Shown here: positions 20,926-30,520 of the stretch, in pieces
Layout: every line of letters starts with the position of its first letter
How positions within the stretch are numbered: position 1 is the stretch's first letter
Virus record (IMG/VR): IMGVR_UViG_3300023110_001773
Coordinates: 101,638 to 165,637 of that record
DNA length: 64,000 nucleotides
Source of the DNA: a virus
Strand: one strand, 5' to 3'
Notes under the pieces: generated by a model
Databases searched by the model: none
What the model saw: the letters and a program-made list of their open reading frames with translations, nothing else
What the model was told of the DNA's origin: nothing
Position numbers and translations under genes: made by a program

Positions 20926-22427
20926 GATAAAAGTTTTTTAGTAATATACTCATCGACATGACCGAGTATATATTTACTTCTTCTCTCCATGTGAACTTCA
21001 GTTGCAAAGTCTTCCCACTTGACACTGGGATCAATAAAGAACTTATCATACATGAATGGGTCTATTAGATTCTTTGCCTGATACTGTGAGAACTCTTCTG
21101 CACAAAACTTCATAACCTCGTGTAGATTGGTGCAATCATTTTCCCACGGCAGATAGTATCCAGATTCTTTGACATAGTTGTATAGGGTCTCGTAGTATGG
21201 ATTTCTACTCTTTGACCAATCAATCGGATCATCTGGAAACTCTGTTCTGCGGTATCCAAACTTACTCCAATCACGATCAAACTCAGAGTTGTGATTCAAT
21301 GTCTCTACATTGTTCTGCAAGTCTTTGATCATCAGTACATTCATGTGATAACTGTTTCTGTTCCAGTACTGCGATAACCACTTGCCAGTGTCCCTCAGAT
21401 CGTCCACAGTCTCGTGTGGGAGTCCGGCGATAAGAGAGATATGTCCTTTGTAGAATCCAGCGTTCTCTCTGAAATACTCATCGACCTCTATCAAACCTTC
21501 TTTGATTCTACCACTGTCCATACCTTTGCCGATGGACTTGGCAGACTCATGTTTCATAGACTCGACACCATAGAAGTGTGAGGTGATACCCATCTTGATT
21601 AGATTGTCCCAATCTTGTTTGCGAGACACAATAAGATCAGCTCTAATATAGGCAGTCATCTTGGGTGTAAAGGGAAGTTTTTCTATGACGTTGGCAAACT
21701 TCTCAATCTTCTGTGAACTATCGTTGAAGGTTTCATCCAGAACAATATAATGTTCTGTACCCCACTTGTCATAGTTTTCCAACATCTCATCATATACACT
21801 CTGTGCTGTGCGTGAGTAATCACCCTTAACTCCGAGAACAGGGAAACTACAGAACTTGCATTTGAACTTGCATCCACGGGCAAACTCTAGTAACAGAATT
21901 TCTCTGGGGTTGATAAAGTCTGTATCCTTGTAAGACACCGTGAGATCGTCTTTCGGAAAGGACTTGTAGTTGACGTAACAGTTTATTACACGATTGGTAT
22001 GGATAGGTTCTGGCCCACCTTTGAAGTGATCTATGAGTGCAAGTATTGCATTCTCACCGTAACCGTAAACATACCAATCCATCTCCAATTCTTTCATAGA
22101 GTTGTTTTGACTGCCTGCAACAAGGGGAATGCGTGGATAAGTTTCTCGTAACCATTTTACGAGACCGATAACGCTTGGACTATTTAAAAAGAAGGTAGAA
22201 CCAAATCCGAAAAATAAAAATTCATCATCAACTTTACGAGAAATATATTTTTTTAATTGATCCAAACTCCATCTTTGAACGTAGTCAATGACTTCGACAT
22301 CATATCCGTGTTGACGTAAAAAGGTGCTTATTTTGTGGCCGCCAGATGAACGCCTGATACTGATCTTGGAACTATCAAAGTCTAATCCCAAATCTTCAAG
22401 TTGTCCACCAAAAATAATACTATGCAA
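20922..22427 (-). CDS. Cobalamin-binding-type (class B-like) radical SAM protein
   Basis: RGCKFKCKFC, DETFN, FYGVES, IAGLPHET; N-terminal Rossmann-like domain ending YGYGENAI. Confidence 0.8.
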   Translation of the reverse strand: MHSIIFGGQLEDLGLDFDSSKISIRRSSGGHKISTFLRQHGYDVEVIDYVQRWSLDQLKKYISRKVDDEFLFFGFGSTFFLNSPSVIGLVKWLRETYPRIPLVAGSQNNSMKELEMDWYVYGYGENAILALIDHFKGGPEPIHTNRVINCYVNYKSFPKDDLTVSYKDTDFINPREILLLEFARGCKFKCKFCSFPVLGVKGDYSRTAQSVYDEMLENYDKWGTEHYIVLDETFNDSSQKIEKFANVIEKLPFTPKMTAYIRADLIVSRKQDWDNLIKMGITSHFYGVESMKHESAKSIGKGMDSGRIKEGLIEVDEYFRENAGFYKGHISLIAGLPHETVDDLRDTGKWLSQYWNRNSYHMNVLMIKDLQNNVETLNHNSEFDRDWSKFGYRRTEFPDDPIDWSKSRNPYYETLYNYVKESGYYLPWENDCTNLHEVMKFCAEEFSQYQAKNLIDPFMYDKFFIDPSVKWEDFATEVHMERRSKYILGHVDEYITKKLLS

Positions 22428-22442
22428 ATCAGATTACCAGAT

Positions 22443-22472
22443 AAAAAAAGGGCGCCATTATTTATGGCGCCC
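22443..22472 (-). terminator. Intrinsic terminator after gp32
   Basis: GGGCGCCAT-aaata-ATGGCGCCC stem followed by a T7 tract on the minus strand. Confidence 0.85.
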
Positions 22473-22492
22473 AAAGAGGAGACGACTATATC

Positions 22493-23407
22493 TTAGTCAT
22501 CATCAGCCAGTCGGGAGAAATACGACATAGCATCTTCATCATCAGATGTGGCAACTGTGACTGTATCTGTAGATGCGGTACTTTCCGCAATAAAGATATC
22601 GTCTTCAATATCATCAGTCTGACTAGAAACAGTAGATGCAGGACTTACTGATACACTACCTTTTAGAACACCATTGAGTTTATCTTTGAGTTCATCATAA
22701 GACTTGAAGTTACTAGGATCAACAATCTCATTCAAAGAGTACTGTTGTTCCCAGATCGCATCAATAGCCTCATCCGAGTCGGCAATGGGACGAACCCTAG
22801 AAGCAAACTTAGATTTGTCATAGTTACGATAACCAGCAACGTTCCTTGCAACAAGTGCAAAGTCTACACCTTCCCACGGATCAAACGGATTGATCGGATC
22901 ATCGGAAGGAACGGTGGGTTTGATAACGTCTTGAATCATTTCAAAAATTTTCTGTCCATACCTGTACAAGAAAACTTTGCCTTCATTTTCTGGGTTGGCG
23001 GGATCAGAAACAACCAAAATGTTTGAGTAATAATTCAAACGGCGTTTCTGTTTGCGAGCGATTTCCTTATCGGCCTCTACACCAGAGTTCCAGAGTTGGG
23101 TGTTCAATTCTGAAACGGGGTCAGGTTGGTTCAGAGTTGTAAGAGAGTTTTCGATATACCACTTACCAGTAGGGCCTTGGAAACCATGTGTCCAAAGACG
23201 TACCCAATAACTGTCCTCGCCCTTGGAGGGGGGAAGGAAACGAATTACGGCAGAACCATTACCAGCCTTGTCAACGGAAAGTTTCCATTCTTTGCCAGTA
23301 TCGTTTGATTCTGTAGTGGTGGTAGTTGACATTTTCTCAACCTGCTTAAGCAGGGTATCGAAACTGCCACGACTCTTACGAAGATCAGAGATAGAATTTG
23401 CAGACAT
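22493..23407 (-). CDS. Single-stranded DNA-binding protein gp32
   Basis: DKAGNGSAVIRFLP, WYIENSLTTL, acidic tail ending SYFSRLADDD. Confidence 0.95.
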   Translation of the reverse strand: MSANSISDLRKSRGSFDTLLKQVEKMSTTTTTESNDTGKEWKLSVDKAGNGSAVIRFLPPSKGEDSYWVRLWTHGFQGPTGKWYIENSLTTLNQPDPVSELNTQLWNSGVEADKEIARKQKRRLNYYSNILVVSDPANPENEGKVFLYRYGQKIFEMIQDVIKPTVPSDDPINPFDPWEGVDFALVARNVAGYRNYDKSKFASRVRPIADSDEAIDAIWEQQYSLNEIVDPSNFKSYDELKDKLNGVLKGSVSVSPASTVSSQTDDIEDDIFIAESTASTDTVTVATSDDEDAMSYFSRLADDD

Positions 23408-23427
23408 ATGTTGCTCCTTTGTGCGGT

Positions 23428-23619
23428 TTATTTACTATCGTGTTTACTGTATATTTTGCTTTTTGCGGTTAGTGACTCGGCGAACTCATCACTATCATAT
23501 ACATCTTCATCATATAACAAATGTTTGTACTTGTCAAGCCTAGTTTTGCCTTCACTAGAAACTCGATGAATACGTTGTTCCTTTTGGTTACTACCTCGGG
23601 AACTTTTTGACTTACTCAT
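23428..23619 (-). CDS. Small hypothetical protein
   Basis: ATGA-coupled to gp59. Confidence 0.55.
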   Translation of the reverse strand: MSKSKSSRGSNQKEQRIHRVSSEGKTRLDKYKHLLYDEDVYDSDEFAESLTAKSKIYSKHDSK

Positions 23620-24218
23620 TGATGTACTTCCTTATTTATAACATCTTTAAGCGGTGTTGCAACAGACTTCATATTGTCTGTCAGTCTAACGAATGGACGG
23701 TACTTGGTTATACACATAGACGCATCTTCAAGCAATATGTCATTCGCATTCATATCGACAAAGTTAAAAATCTTATCTAAGATTGTCATTGTCTCTATAT
23801 TAATTATATTACCAAAAAAGAGACGAAATGTCAAGGGGTGTTTTCCATTAATTGAAATAAATGGGTCGGCGATTTCTTCCTTTTCCATGTCGAGTAGAAT
23901 TCTGTCAATATCTTGTTTAAACTGATATTCTCTTTTGACTTTTCTGTTCTGCCACTGATCGTATCTTCTTGCAGCATCAACATCAAACAACCCACCCCAT
24001 TTCTCTCCAGAGACAAAATTAGCAACAAGGAAATTAATTATTTCCTCACGAGAATAATCTCTGGCAAGTTTTTTAATAGAAACGAGGTCTTTTCTTTTAC
24101 GAAATGTTTCTTCTTTGACTCTTACTTTTCCTTTATACTTTACTATGTCATAATTCTTGGTTGTAAAGTGCAATTTGATTGCAAGGTAAAGTCGATAAAC
24201 TTCAAACGGTTCTATCAT
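23616..24218 (-). CDS. Helicase loader gp59
   Basis: VYRLYLAIKLHFT..YDIVKYKGK motif; upstream of gp32. Confidence 0.88.
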   Translation of the reverse strand: MIEPFEVYRLYLAIKLHFTTKNYDIVKYKGKVRVKEETFRKRKDLVSIKKLARDYSREEIINFLVANFVSGEKWGGLFDVDAARRYDQWQNRKVKREYQFKQDIDRILLDMEKEEIADPFISINGKHPLTFRLFFGNIINIETMTILDKIFNFVDMNANDILLEDASMCITKYRPFVRLTDNMKSVATPLKDVINKEVHQ

Positions 24219-24481
24219 ATTGGCAGTTTAGATGTCTTCTTTGCTTTTAACAAATTGAGGTTTTGAGCCTCGGCAGTAATCTTTTCTTTTAAAGACGGTG
24301 TAAGAAGTTTCTTAATACTTTCAATTTCTACTTCATTGCGAACACAAAAATCTGTTAGTACGTCAATATAATTTTGGCCCATACTAGCCTTTCTTTCAAT
24401 ATGTTGAGAAAACTCAACAGCACTAGAAAACTGTTGATTGCTTATTAGAAACTCATCGGTTTTTTTAACTTCTTCAATCAT
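24215..24481 (-). CDS. Late transcription coactivator gp33
   Basis: YIDVL...C...LKEKITAEAQNLNLL motif; synteny with gp59. Confidence 0.88.
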   Translation of the reverse strand: MIEEVKKTDEFLISNQQFSSAVEFSQHIERKASMGQNYIDVLTDFCVRNEVEIESIKKLLTPSLKEKITAEAQNLNLLKAKKTSKLPI

Positions 24482-25334
24482 TACTTTTTTCCTTTTGCAT
24501 CAAAAAATCTTCTTTCCAGTCCTTAATATATTTTAGGACATCATATTCACATTCGATAAAAGGACTATCACAGATAGTCTTTTCTGCCTCGCCTGGTCTA
24601 TCAAATTCATGGACAATGGGGTGATCAAAAGCTTTTGCTACTTCCAAAATACTCACTGGTTTGCCCCTACCCAAATTAACATGTTTTGTTTTTCTTCTGG
24701 TTTGCAATAGTTTTAACATGCCATCAACCACATCATAAACATGGGTAAAATCTCTTTCTTTTTTACCACTACCGAAAACTCGTAGTGGTTCATCATTTTC
24801 TACACATCTTTTAAATGCCCTGACTACAGTACTATATTCTCCGTAGTCTGCTTCTCTTGGCCCATAAACATTATAGAAGTATAACATATGATACTTAACT
24901 TTGTAAAGAGATTCATACAAATTTAATATCTCTTCACATGTATATTTACTAAAGGTATACGGATTAGAATCTTTGTTAGAAAATTTTGTGCTTGATGATG
25001 CTGCAAAGAAAATTGGAACTTTTAATTTTCTGGCCCACTCACATACAGTAAGAGTGGAGTTTACATTATTTTTAATAGTAATGTAGGGATTCTTGTGTGA
25101 CATGCGAACTCTGGGAGTTGCAGCAAGATGAAAAATTGCATCATAATTTCCAGCAGGAAAAACGTCTGCAACATCTTGATGTAGGTACTGAACTTTTTTG
25201 TGTGGTATCTTATAAGAACCAACACTCATGTCATCCACTACCAAAACATTTTGATCATGTAAGAGTAACGCCTCTACCAAGTGGGAACCAATGAAACCGC
25301 ATCCACCAGTAACAATAAAATTGTGTTTTGCCAT
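24474..25334 (-). CDS. NAD-dependent nucleotide-sugar epimerase/dehydratase
   Basis: TGGCGFIG, YxxxK (YTFSK), FYNVYGP, RDFTHV. Confidence 0.9.
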   Translation of the reverse strand: MAKHNFIVTGGCGFIGSHLVEALLLHDQNVLVVDDMSVGSYKIPHKKVQYLHQDVADVFPAGNYDAIFHLAATPRVRMSHKNPYITIKNNVNSTLTVCEWARKLKVPIFFAASSSTKFSNKDSNPYTFSKYTCEEILNLYESLYKVKYHMLYFYNVYGPREADYGEYSTVVRAFKRCVENDEPLRVFGSGKKERDFTHVYDVVDGMLKLLQTRRKTKHVNLGRGKPVSILEVAKAFDHPIVHEFDRPGEAEKTICDSPFIECEYDVLKYIKDWKEDFLMQKEKSND

Positions 25335-25916
25335 TTAATACCTATAAAATATGTGCGAATCAAATACCGCACTCACTTGCAAACTATCAGACCATTTTGG
25401 TTTTACATAATCTGCGTGATAGTATATTGCTCCATTTGTATTGTCTTCGTGGTATCCTTTTATAATTTGTCTAGAGACTTCAACAATATTATCAAAAGTT
25501 TTCCAATCAGTTATCTTATCTGATTTGCCATCACAATACCAACTAAATTGACATTGGTGTTTCATTGGAACCTTTTTACCTTGGGACAACCACCACTTGC
25601 TCAATTTAGCTTGATACACCACTTCACATATGGTATTGGGGTATTTGTCATTTTTTACTCTGTTAATTGTAACATGAGCAACAGCCATTTGTCCAGCGAT
25701 ATCTTCGCCTCTTGCTTCAAAATAAATGTTTTGTGCAAGACAGAAAACTTCTTCTGGATCGGGTAGTTTTTCTTTTATCACGGCTGGTGTGACAACAACA
25801 GTTATTGGTTCTAATGGTGGTTTCGTGGGGGTTGGTTTAACAGATAGTACTGCGACTGTTGGGGTAAGAATTAAAACTAATGCAAATGTCCAAGATAAAA
25901 CCTTTGGCGATACCAT
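25335..25916 (-). CDS. SleB/CwlJ-like cell wall hydrolase with N-terminal membrane anchor
   Basis: CLAQNIYFEARGE, CQFSWYCDG, YYHADYVKPKW. Confidence 0.92.
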   Translation of the reverse strand: MVSPKVLSWTFALVLILTPTVAVLSVKPTPTKPPLEPITVVVTPAVIKEKLPDPEEVFCLAQNIYFEARGEDIAGQMAVAHVTINRVKNDKYPNTICEVVYQAKLSKWWLSQGKKVPMKHQCQFSWYCDGKSDKITDWKTFDNIVEVSRQIIKGYHEDNTNGAIYYHADYVKPKWSDSLQVSAVFDSHIFYRY

Positions 25917-25937
25917 TGATTTCTCCTTCTTTTAAAA

Positions 25938-26219
25938 ATGGGCCCGTTGGATTATAAGGTGGAACCCATACCCCACTAGCCTTAAGCGGCTAGAGCATAA
26001 ACGTCATCGTTTGCGTTTACTTTAGGTTGGCACTTTGCCAGTCAATCAGTCTCACCTTTCCTAGACAATCGCAGTCGAACCTGTTCACCCCCATCAAAAG
26101 CACACTAGGAAGTCTTAATTTCGACACTGTACGTCCGTGCCTAATGTGCTTATGGTGGAGGTGGGGGGAATCGCACCCCCGTCCTACAATCTTTCAGTCC
26201 ACTTCAACGACCGATTCAA
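25938..26219 (-). ncRNA. ssrA: Circularly permuted (two-piece) tmRNA, tag ANDDVYALAA
   Basis: Acceptor piece ends GGGGG-TGCGATT-CCCCC-CACCTCC-ACCA (3' end 26153). A 60-nt hairpin spacer follows. Coding piece starts GGGGGTGAACAGGTTCGAC (26092). Acceptor stem has G3:U; tag ORF at 26014-25982. Confidence 0.93.
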
Positions 26220-26254
26220 TATTTATAATAACATGACTAGGCAGCAGATGTCAA
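26220..26254 (-). promoter_or_regulatory. Dual promoter for tmRNA: TTGACA-N18-TATTAT overlapping late TATAAATA
   Basis: -35 at 26254-26249; TATAAATA at 26227-26220. Confidence 0.7.
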
Positions 26255-26911
26255 TACCTCAGCCTCATATAAATCACGACATTCTAGTAAATAATCCACA
26301 TAATCGTCTCGTTTTTTGACAAATATCTGTGGTTCATCGTCTTGAACACCAATAATTACTACGCTTTTGTCAATAGGAATGCCAGTACGTTCCTCAAACA
26401 TAATTGCATAGGCAGAACACTGTGCAAAGTAGTTTTGAATATACTGTTCTTTCTTTGGTTTGGATGAGGTTTTGAAGTCTATGATGGAGAGTCTGCCGTC
26501 AAATTCTGCAATGCAGTCACACTGTCCGGCGAGACGGAGATGTTCACTGTATAGAAACTCTTCGACACAATGGATGTTGTCGATTCTATCAATGATAGGT
26601 TTCATCTTATTAAACATATCAATTTCAACAAAAGAGAGTTTGTCAAAACTCAACTCTTTGTTATTCACATAATCTTCGCAAACAGCGTGAATTTTCGTAC
26701 CACGAACAGAAGCTTGTTTGCTAATTCTGTTTGCCTTTTCTTCACCGACACGTTTGCGCCAAGCCTTGATGCCTGGTTTACTTTTGTGGCCGAGGACAGT
26801 GGTGACAGACGGGAATCTGACACCACTATCGGTTTTGTACATTCTTTTGCCTTCATAGTTTTCCCTAATTAACGAGGGAAGACTATAACTTCTTTCAACA
26901 TGATTAAACAT
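26237..26911 (-). CDS. PD-(D/E)XK exonuclease (T4-like phage exonuclease family)
   Basis: PSVTTVL, RGTKIH, AGQCDCIAE..IIDFKTS, Q..AYA. Confidence 0.88.
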   Translation of the reverse strand: MFNHVERSYSLPSLIRENYEGKRMYKTDSGVRFPSVTTVLGHKSKPGIKAWRKRVGEEKANRISKQASVRGTKIHAVCEDYVNNKELSFDKLSFVEIDMFNKMKPIIDRIDNIHCVEEFLYSEHLRLAGQCDCIAEFDGRLSIIDFKTSSKPKKEQYIQNYFAQCSAYAIMFEERTGIPIDKSVVIIGVQDDEPQIFVKKRDDYVDYLLECRDLYEAEVLTSAA

Positions 26912-26938
26912 AAATTAGATACCTACAAATATTCACCT

Positions 26939-26967
26939 ATCATACTATACTTATAACCAAATGTCAA
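26939..26967 (-). promoter_or_regulatory. Sigma70-like promoter TTGACA-N17-TATGAT
   Basis: Upstream of the exonuclease; -35 overlaps the phoH stop codon. Confidence 0.65.
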
Positions 26968-27722
26968 GCGGCTGAATCTTCGTATTTCATTCTCGCAATT
27001 AGATATTCTTTGACGAGATCGCTGCGAACAATATCGTCAGTGTCGAATTCAAACATTCTGAAAGAAGGCATATTTTCGGCAATCACCATAAACTTCTGCA
27101 AACCAGACATGTCGTTTCTGTTTTTATAAAGATCAGTCTGTCTGAAATCACCACAGAAGATAATCTTACTATTGACTCCGACTCTGGTCATGATGGAATT
27201 GAGTTCCATATCATTCATGTTTTGACATTCGTCAACGATAACAATGGTGTTGTCTAGTGTTAGTCCACGGACAAAAGATGTGATCATGAAATCAAGATAT
27301 TTTTGTTCGACTAACCTTTGAAAGGCCTGTTGTTTGGTGGGAAAGAGTTCTTCGCACATGGAAATGTACGGACTCATATAAACTTCGGATTTTTCTTTTT
27401 CGTCTCCAGGCAAGTGTCCGATTTCTCTGGAAGGAACTGCTGATCGTACTAATATAACTTTCTTGTAAAACCCCCCTTTATTTAAAACTTCTTCTAGTGC
27501 CTTGTATAGTGCAATAAAGGTTTTTCCTGTACCAGCAGCACCGTGTAATATCATTGCTTTTGAACCAGATTGATACTGAGAGAAGAATTGACCCTGTGTT
27601 TCTGTCATTGCATCAATAGTAACTAAATCTTCTATTCGCATCTTCAGTCCAGTACTAGGCGAACCGTTCCTTTGATTTTGGCTGTCCTCAATCAGATGAA
27701 GATTAGATTTTCGTTTTGGCAT
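26964..27722 (-). CDS. phoH: PhoH-family ATPase
   Basis: GAAGTGKT, IGHLPG, RGLTL, DECQN, GDFRQTD, DIVRS. Confidence 0.95.
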   Translation of the reverse strand: MPKRKSNLHLIEDSQNQRNGSPSTGLKMRIEDLVTIDAMTETQGQFFSQYQSGSKAMILHGAAGTGKTFIALYKALEEVLNKGGFYKKVILVRSAVPSREIGHLPGDEKEKSEVYMSPYISMCEELFPTKQQAFQRLVEQKYLDFMITSFVRGLTLDNTIVIVDECQNMNDMELNSIMTRVGVNSKIIFCGDFRQTDLYKNRNDMSGLQKFMVIAENMPSFRMFEFDTDDIVRSDLVKEYLIARMKYEDSAA

Positions 27723-27768
27723 AGTTGTTTCCTGACTCTTGATTAATTAATTTTAGGCTATAACAATA

Positions 27769-27927
27769 CTATGGGGTTTGATCCTCCTGTGAGGTGAGTT
27801 TTTTTGAAGCGTAGTCTTGGAGAAGACACGGAAATAATCCGTGAATAAAGAGGGCAAAAGAACAACTCCATGCCCTGTAAAGGTGTGAGAGGTAAGATAC
27901 TTTGTTTTCGGTTAAGTGTCTTATCAT
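27769..27927 (-). CDS. 52-aa small protein (DUF6356-like)
   Basis: Not in the ORF track. MIRHLTENKVSYLSHLYRAWSCSFALFIHGLFPCLLQDYASKKLTSQEDQTP; HL..SY..H..IH.LFP..AS pattern; CATAAATA 6 nt upstream. Confidence 0.7.
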   Translation of the reverse strand: MIRHLTENKVSYLSHLYRAWSCSFALFIHGLFPCLLQDYASKKLTSQEDQTP

Positions 27928-27936
27928 TAAATGTAT

Positions 27937-28266
27937 TTATGAAAATTCCGAGTGCAAAGCAGATAGTGGGAGTATTTCAGTTGAATTAATAATTCTAAGT
28001 ATATTCCGTTTGAATGGATCGGAAAAAATTGGACTGTCCAAACACATCCTCATTCTATCTATGGCAAATTCTGGTTCCATAGTTCGCAAGTCTTTGCGAA
28101 CCCATTTCTTATTGTCATCCATATCATCTGATATATTTAAGCATATCAAAACAATTGAAATGTCGTCCTCTGTATATAAATTGATTCTATATCCAGTTGG
28201 TTCGGATGATCTTTTATTAGGAAACTTTATTACATTGTCTTTCATTTTTCTTATACTTTTAAACAA
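27937..28266 (-). CDS. Hypothetical protein
   Basis: Coupled to the end of the enzyme island; NVIKFP motif. Confidence 0.55.
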   Translation of the reverse strand: MFKSIRKMKDNVIKFPNKRSSEPTGYRINLYTEDDISIVLICLNISDDMDDNKKWVRKDLRTMEPEFAIDRMRMCLDSPIFSDPFKRNILRIINSTEILPLSALHSEFS

Positions 28267-29102
28267 TCAGCTAAATGCTCTCCCCACTCTATGTGAGCCT
28301 GTAAACACGGATGTCCTCTGGGCATTCGCTTGTCTCCATGTTTATCATTATATTCAGAGAAAACCTTATCCGTTATCATATGTCTATTTATCTCTTTTTC
28401 GATAAAAAGAAGATTATCTTTGTATTCATAATCAAGGTGTTTAAGTTGTTCATGTTTCTTCAAATAAACTTTTTCAAAATATTGTACATTAATTCTTTCA
28501 AGACACTCAACAAAAATAACAGGTATATTATTCCTGTTAGCAATATACAAAATGTCTCTGAGATTATTCATATACTCATAAAAATGAATCCATGAGTGTC
28601 TTTCTCTGAAATATTTTAAAGCAAACTCATGATCACCCCCTCTATCGTGATGGGTGGGAACGACTCTATTGAAAGCACATCCCCTATATCTTTCGTCTAT
28701 GTTACTCCTGCCAATTTCTGCCCAATGTTCTAGTGAATGAAAACCAACTTCTCGAAAAAACCCAGTAGTTCCAAACATACAGAGATGTGTATCAGAAATT
28801 TTTTCATGAATTACATCATTGAAAAATTGTGATCGCATATTATCAATAGAGTTGCCCCTTTGACCTCTATTGTAAACATTAGTTATTCCCAATTTATTAC
28901 AAAGGTGTTGTGGATACGCAAGTTGTTTTTCTATCTTTTCGTGTTTTTGACTCAATAACTCACGTTGGTCTGAGTCTTCGCATTTTCCAATTAGGGGCAA
29001 AAATTCTTCATTTGCTAGTTCTTCTCCAGCAGTAAAAGAACATCCATAAAAATGAATACCATTTATCTTTATTACGTCATCCAAGTATTTTACGGGGTAC
29101 AC
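28251..29102 (-). CDS. SGNH/GDSL-like esterase/acyltransferase
   Basis: GCSFTAG near the N-terminus, N.G..G.S, C-terminal GHP...H. Confidence 0.65.
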   Translation of the reverse strand: MYPVKYLDDVIKINGIHFYGCSFTAGEELANEEFLPLIGKCEDSDQRELLSQKHEKIEKQLAYPQHLCNKLGITNVYNRGQRGNSIDNMRSQFFNDVIHEKISDTHLCMFGTTGFFREVGFHSLEHWAEIGRSNIDERYRGCAFNRVVPTHHDRGGDHEFALKYFRERHSWIHFYEYMNNLRDILYIANRNNIPVIFVECLERINVQYFEKVYLKKHEQLKHLDYEYKDNLLFIEKEINRHMITDKVFSEYNDKHGDKRMPRGHPCLQAHIEWGEHLADCLKV

Positions 29103-30520
29103 ACTTTTACTCCATAGAAATTTTCAAATACATCAGCATCAATTCTATTATTTACAATTGGTTTACCCTTTATGTTCAAACTAGTATTGAGCAACATTGG
29201 ACATCCAGTTTCCTCATACCACTTAGTAAGCAACACATATAATTCTGGATGATGTGCATAACTTACTGTCTGCACTCTACTAGTACCATCCTTATGTACT
29301 ATTGCTGGATATTTTTCTGGTTCTTTACACCTAACAACTTCTTGCATGTATGGAGAATTAAAAAAGACATCAACATCGAAGTGGTGTTGTGCATCACACT
29401 GTCTAATCACTGGAGCAAAAGGTCTAAACTCCTGTCGTCTTTTTATTGAGTTTACTTTATCTTTCATATCTTGGCCTCTAGGATCAGCCAACAGAGACCG
29501 ATTACCCAAAGCACGAGGGCCAAATTCAGCTCTACCAGAAGCTACTCCGACCATCCCAGATGTCATCAATTCATGAAGTACTGCATCGACTGGATATTCT
29601 CCTTTGATGTCGTGTCCCAAATAGGCAGTTTTAAAATCAACTCTCTGTTTTGTACCAGCAAGAACTGCTCCAAGAGAAGACCCAGCATCGCCTGGATTGG
29701 GCATTATCCAATATTTTCTAAAAAAATCTGGTAACAATCTATTGGCAAGACAGTTTAGAGCACATCCACCCATAAAAACCAAATCTCTTTTGCGAGTTAG
29801 TTCTGCTGTTAAATGTAAAAGAGCACCCAACCATTTTTCATATACGGATTGCACTCCAGCAGCAACATCAAAATAGTCTTCTGGTTCTAATTCTGGTCTC
29901 CACCATTTTACTCCACGATGAAATGGTGTTTTGTTTGCAAGTAAATCTGATATTTCCTTTGAAAATCTATATTTGTCTCCATAGGCAGACATTCCCATTA
30001 GAATATATTCATCCTCATTTGCCTTCAATCCAACCCTATCAGTAAAAGCAGAGTAGAACAAACCGAGAGAATTTGGATATTTCCTAGACCAAACTAATTT
30101 GTCATTATCCCAGATGGAAGTAGTAACCCACTCACCAATTGCATCAATAACAAGAGTAGCACAATCATCAAATGGTCTAGTGTAATACCCAGCTGCAAAA
30201 TGACTACGGTGATGATTCCCCCACTTTATTTTGCACGTTGGTTGATATTTTAATTTGTCAAAATAAGACCTTGGATTTACCCAAGGATTTGGTTGTCTGG
30301 AATACAACCTTCTAGTAGCTTTGAGTATGGGGTTCTCATACCAGTACATTTTATCTGGTTCCCCATACTGCAAAGCATCATTCAACAAATTATCATTTAA
30401 ATATTTGTCATTCTTGTAACCAGAGTATCTTTCTGCATGGCTAGCAAAAACTATCTCCCCATCTTTTATGACAGAAAGAGCTGCGTCATGATAACCAGCA
30501 CTGATCCCCCAATTAATCAT
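29090..30520 (-). CDS. O-carbamoyltransferase (NodU/CmcH family)
   Basis: HDAA, HHRSH, DAIGE, GGCALN, PGDAG, EFGPRALGNRS, LLNTSLN. Confidence 0.95.
   Translation of the reverse strand: MINWGISAGYHDAALSVIKDGEIVFASHAERYSGYKNDKYLNDNLLNDALQYGEPDKMYWYENPILKATRRLYSRQPNPWVNPRSYFDKLKYQPTCKIKWGNHHRSHFAAGYYTRPFDDCATLVIDAIGEWVTTSIWDNDKLVWSRKYPNSLGLFYSAFTDRVGLKANEDEYILMGMSAYGDKYRFSKEISDLLANKTPFHRGVKWWRPELEPEDYFDVAAGVQSVYEKWLGALLHLTAELTRKRDLVFMGGCALNCLANRLLPDFFRKYWIMPNPGDAGSSLGAVLAGTKQRVDFKTAYLGHDIKGEYPVDAVLHELMTSGMVGVASGRAEFGPRALGNRSLLADPRGQDMKDKVNSIKRRQEFRPFAPVIRQCDAQHHFDVDVFFNSPYMQEVVRCKEPEKYPAIVHKDGTSRVQTVSYAHHPELYVLLTKWYEETGCPMLLNTSLNIKGKPIVNNRIDADVFENFYGVKVCTP

Noticed and set aside
26027-26319. 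Short + strand ORFs
   Set aside because: Antisense to the tmRNA
26237-26911. Cas4/CRISPR adaptation gene
   Set aside because: Lacks the four-Cys Fe-S pattern; it is the standard T4-like exonuclease beside phoH
27723-27933. Structured ncRNA or CsrA sponge upstream of phoH
   Set aside because: Several short hairpins and GGA motifs exist, but the region is explained by a 52-aa ORF with a recognisable family pattern
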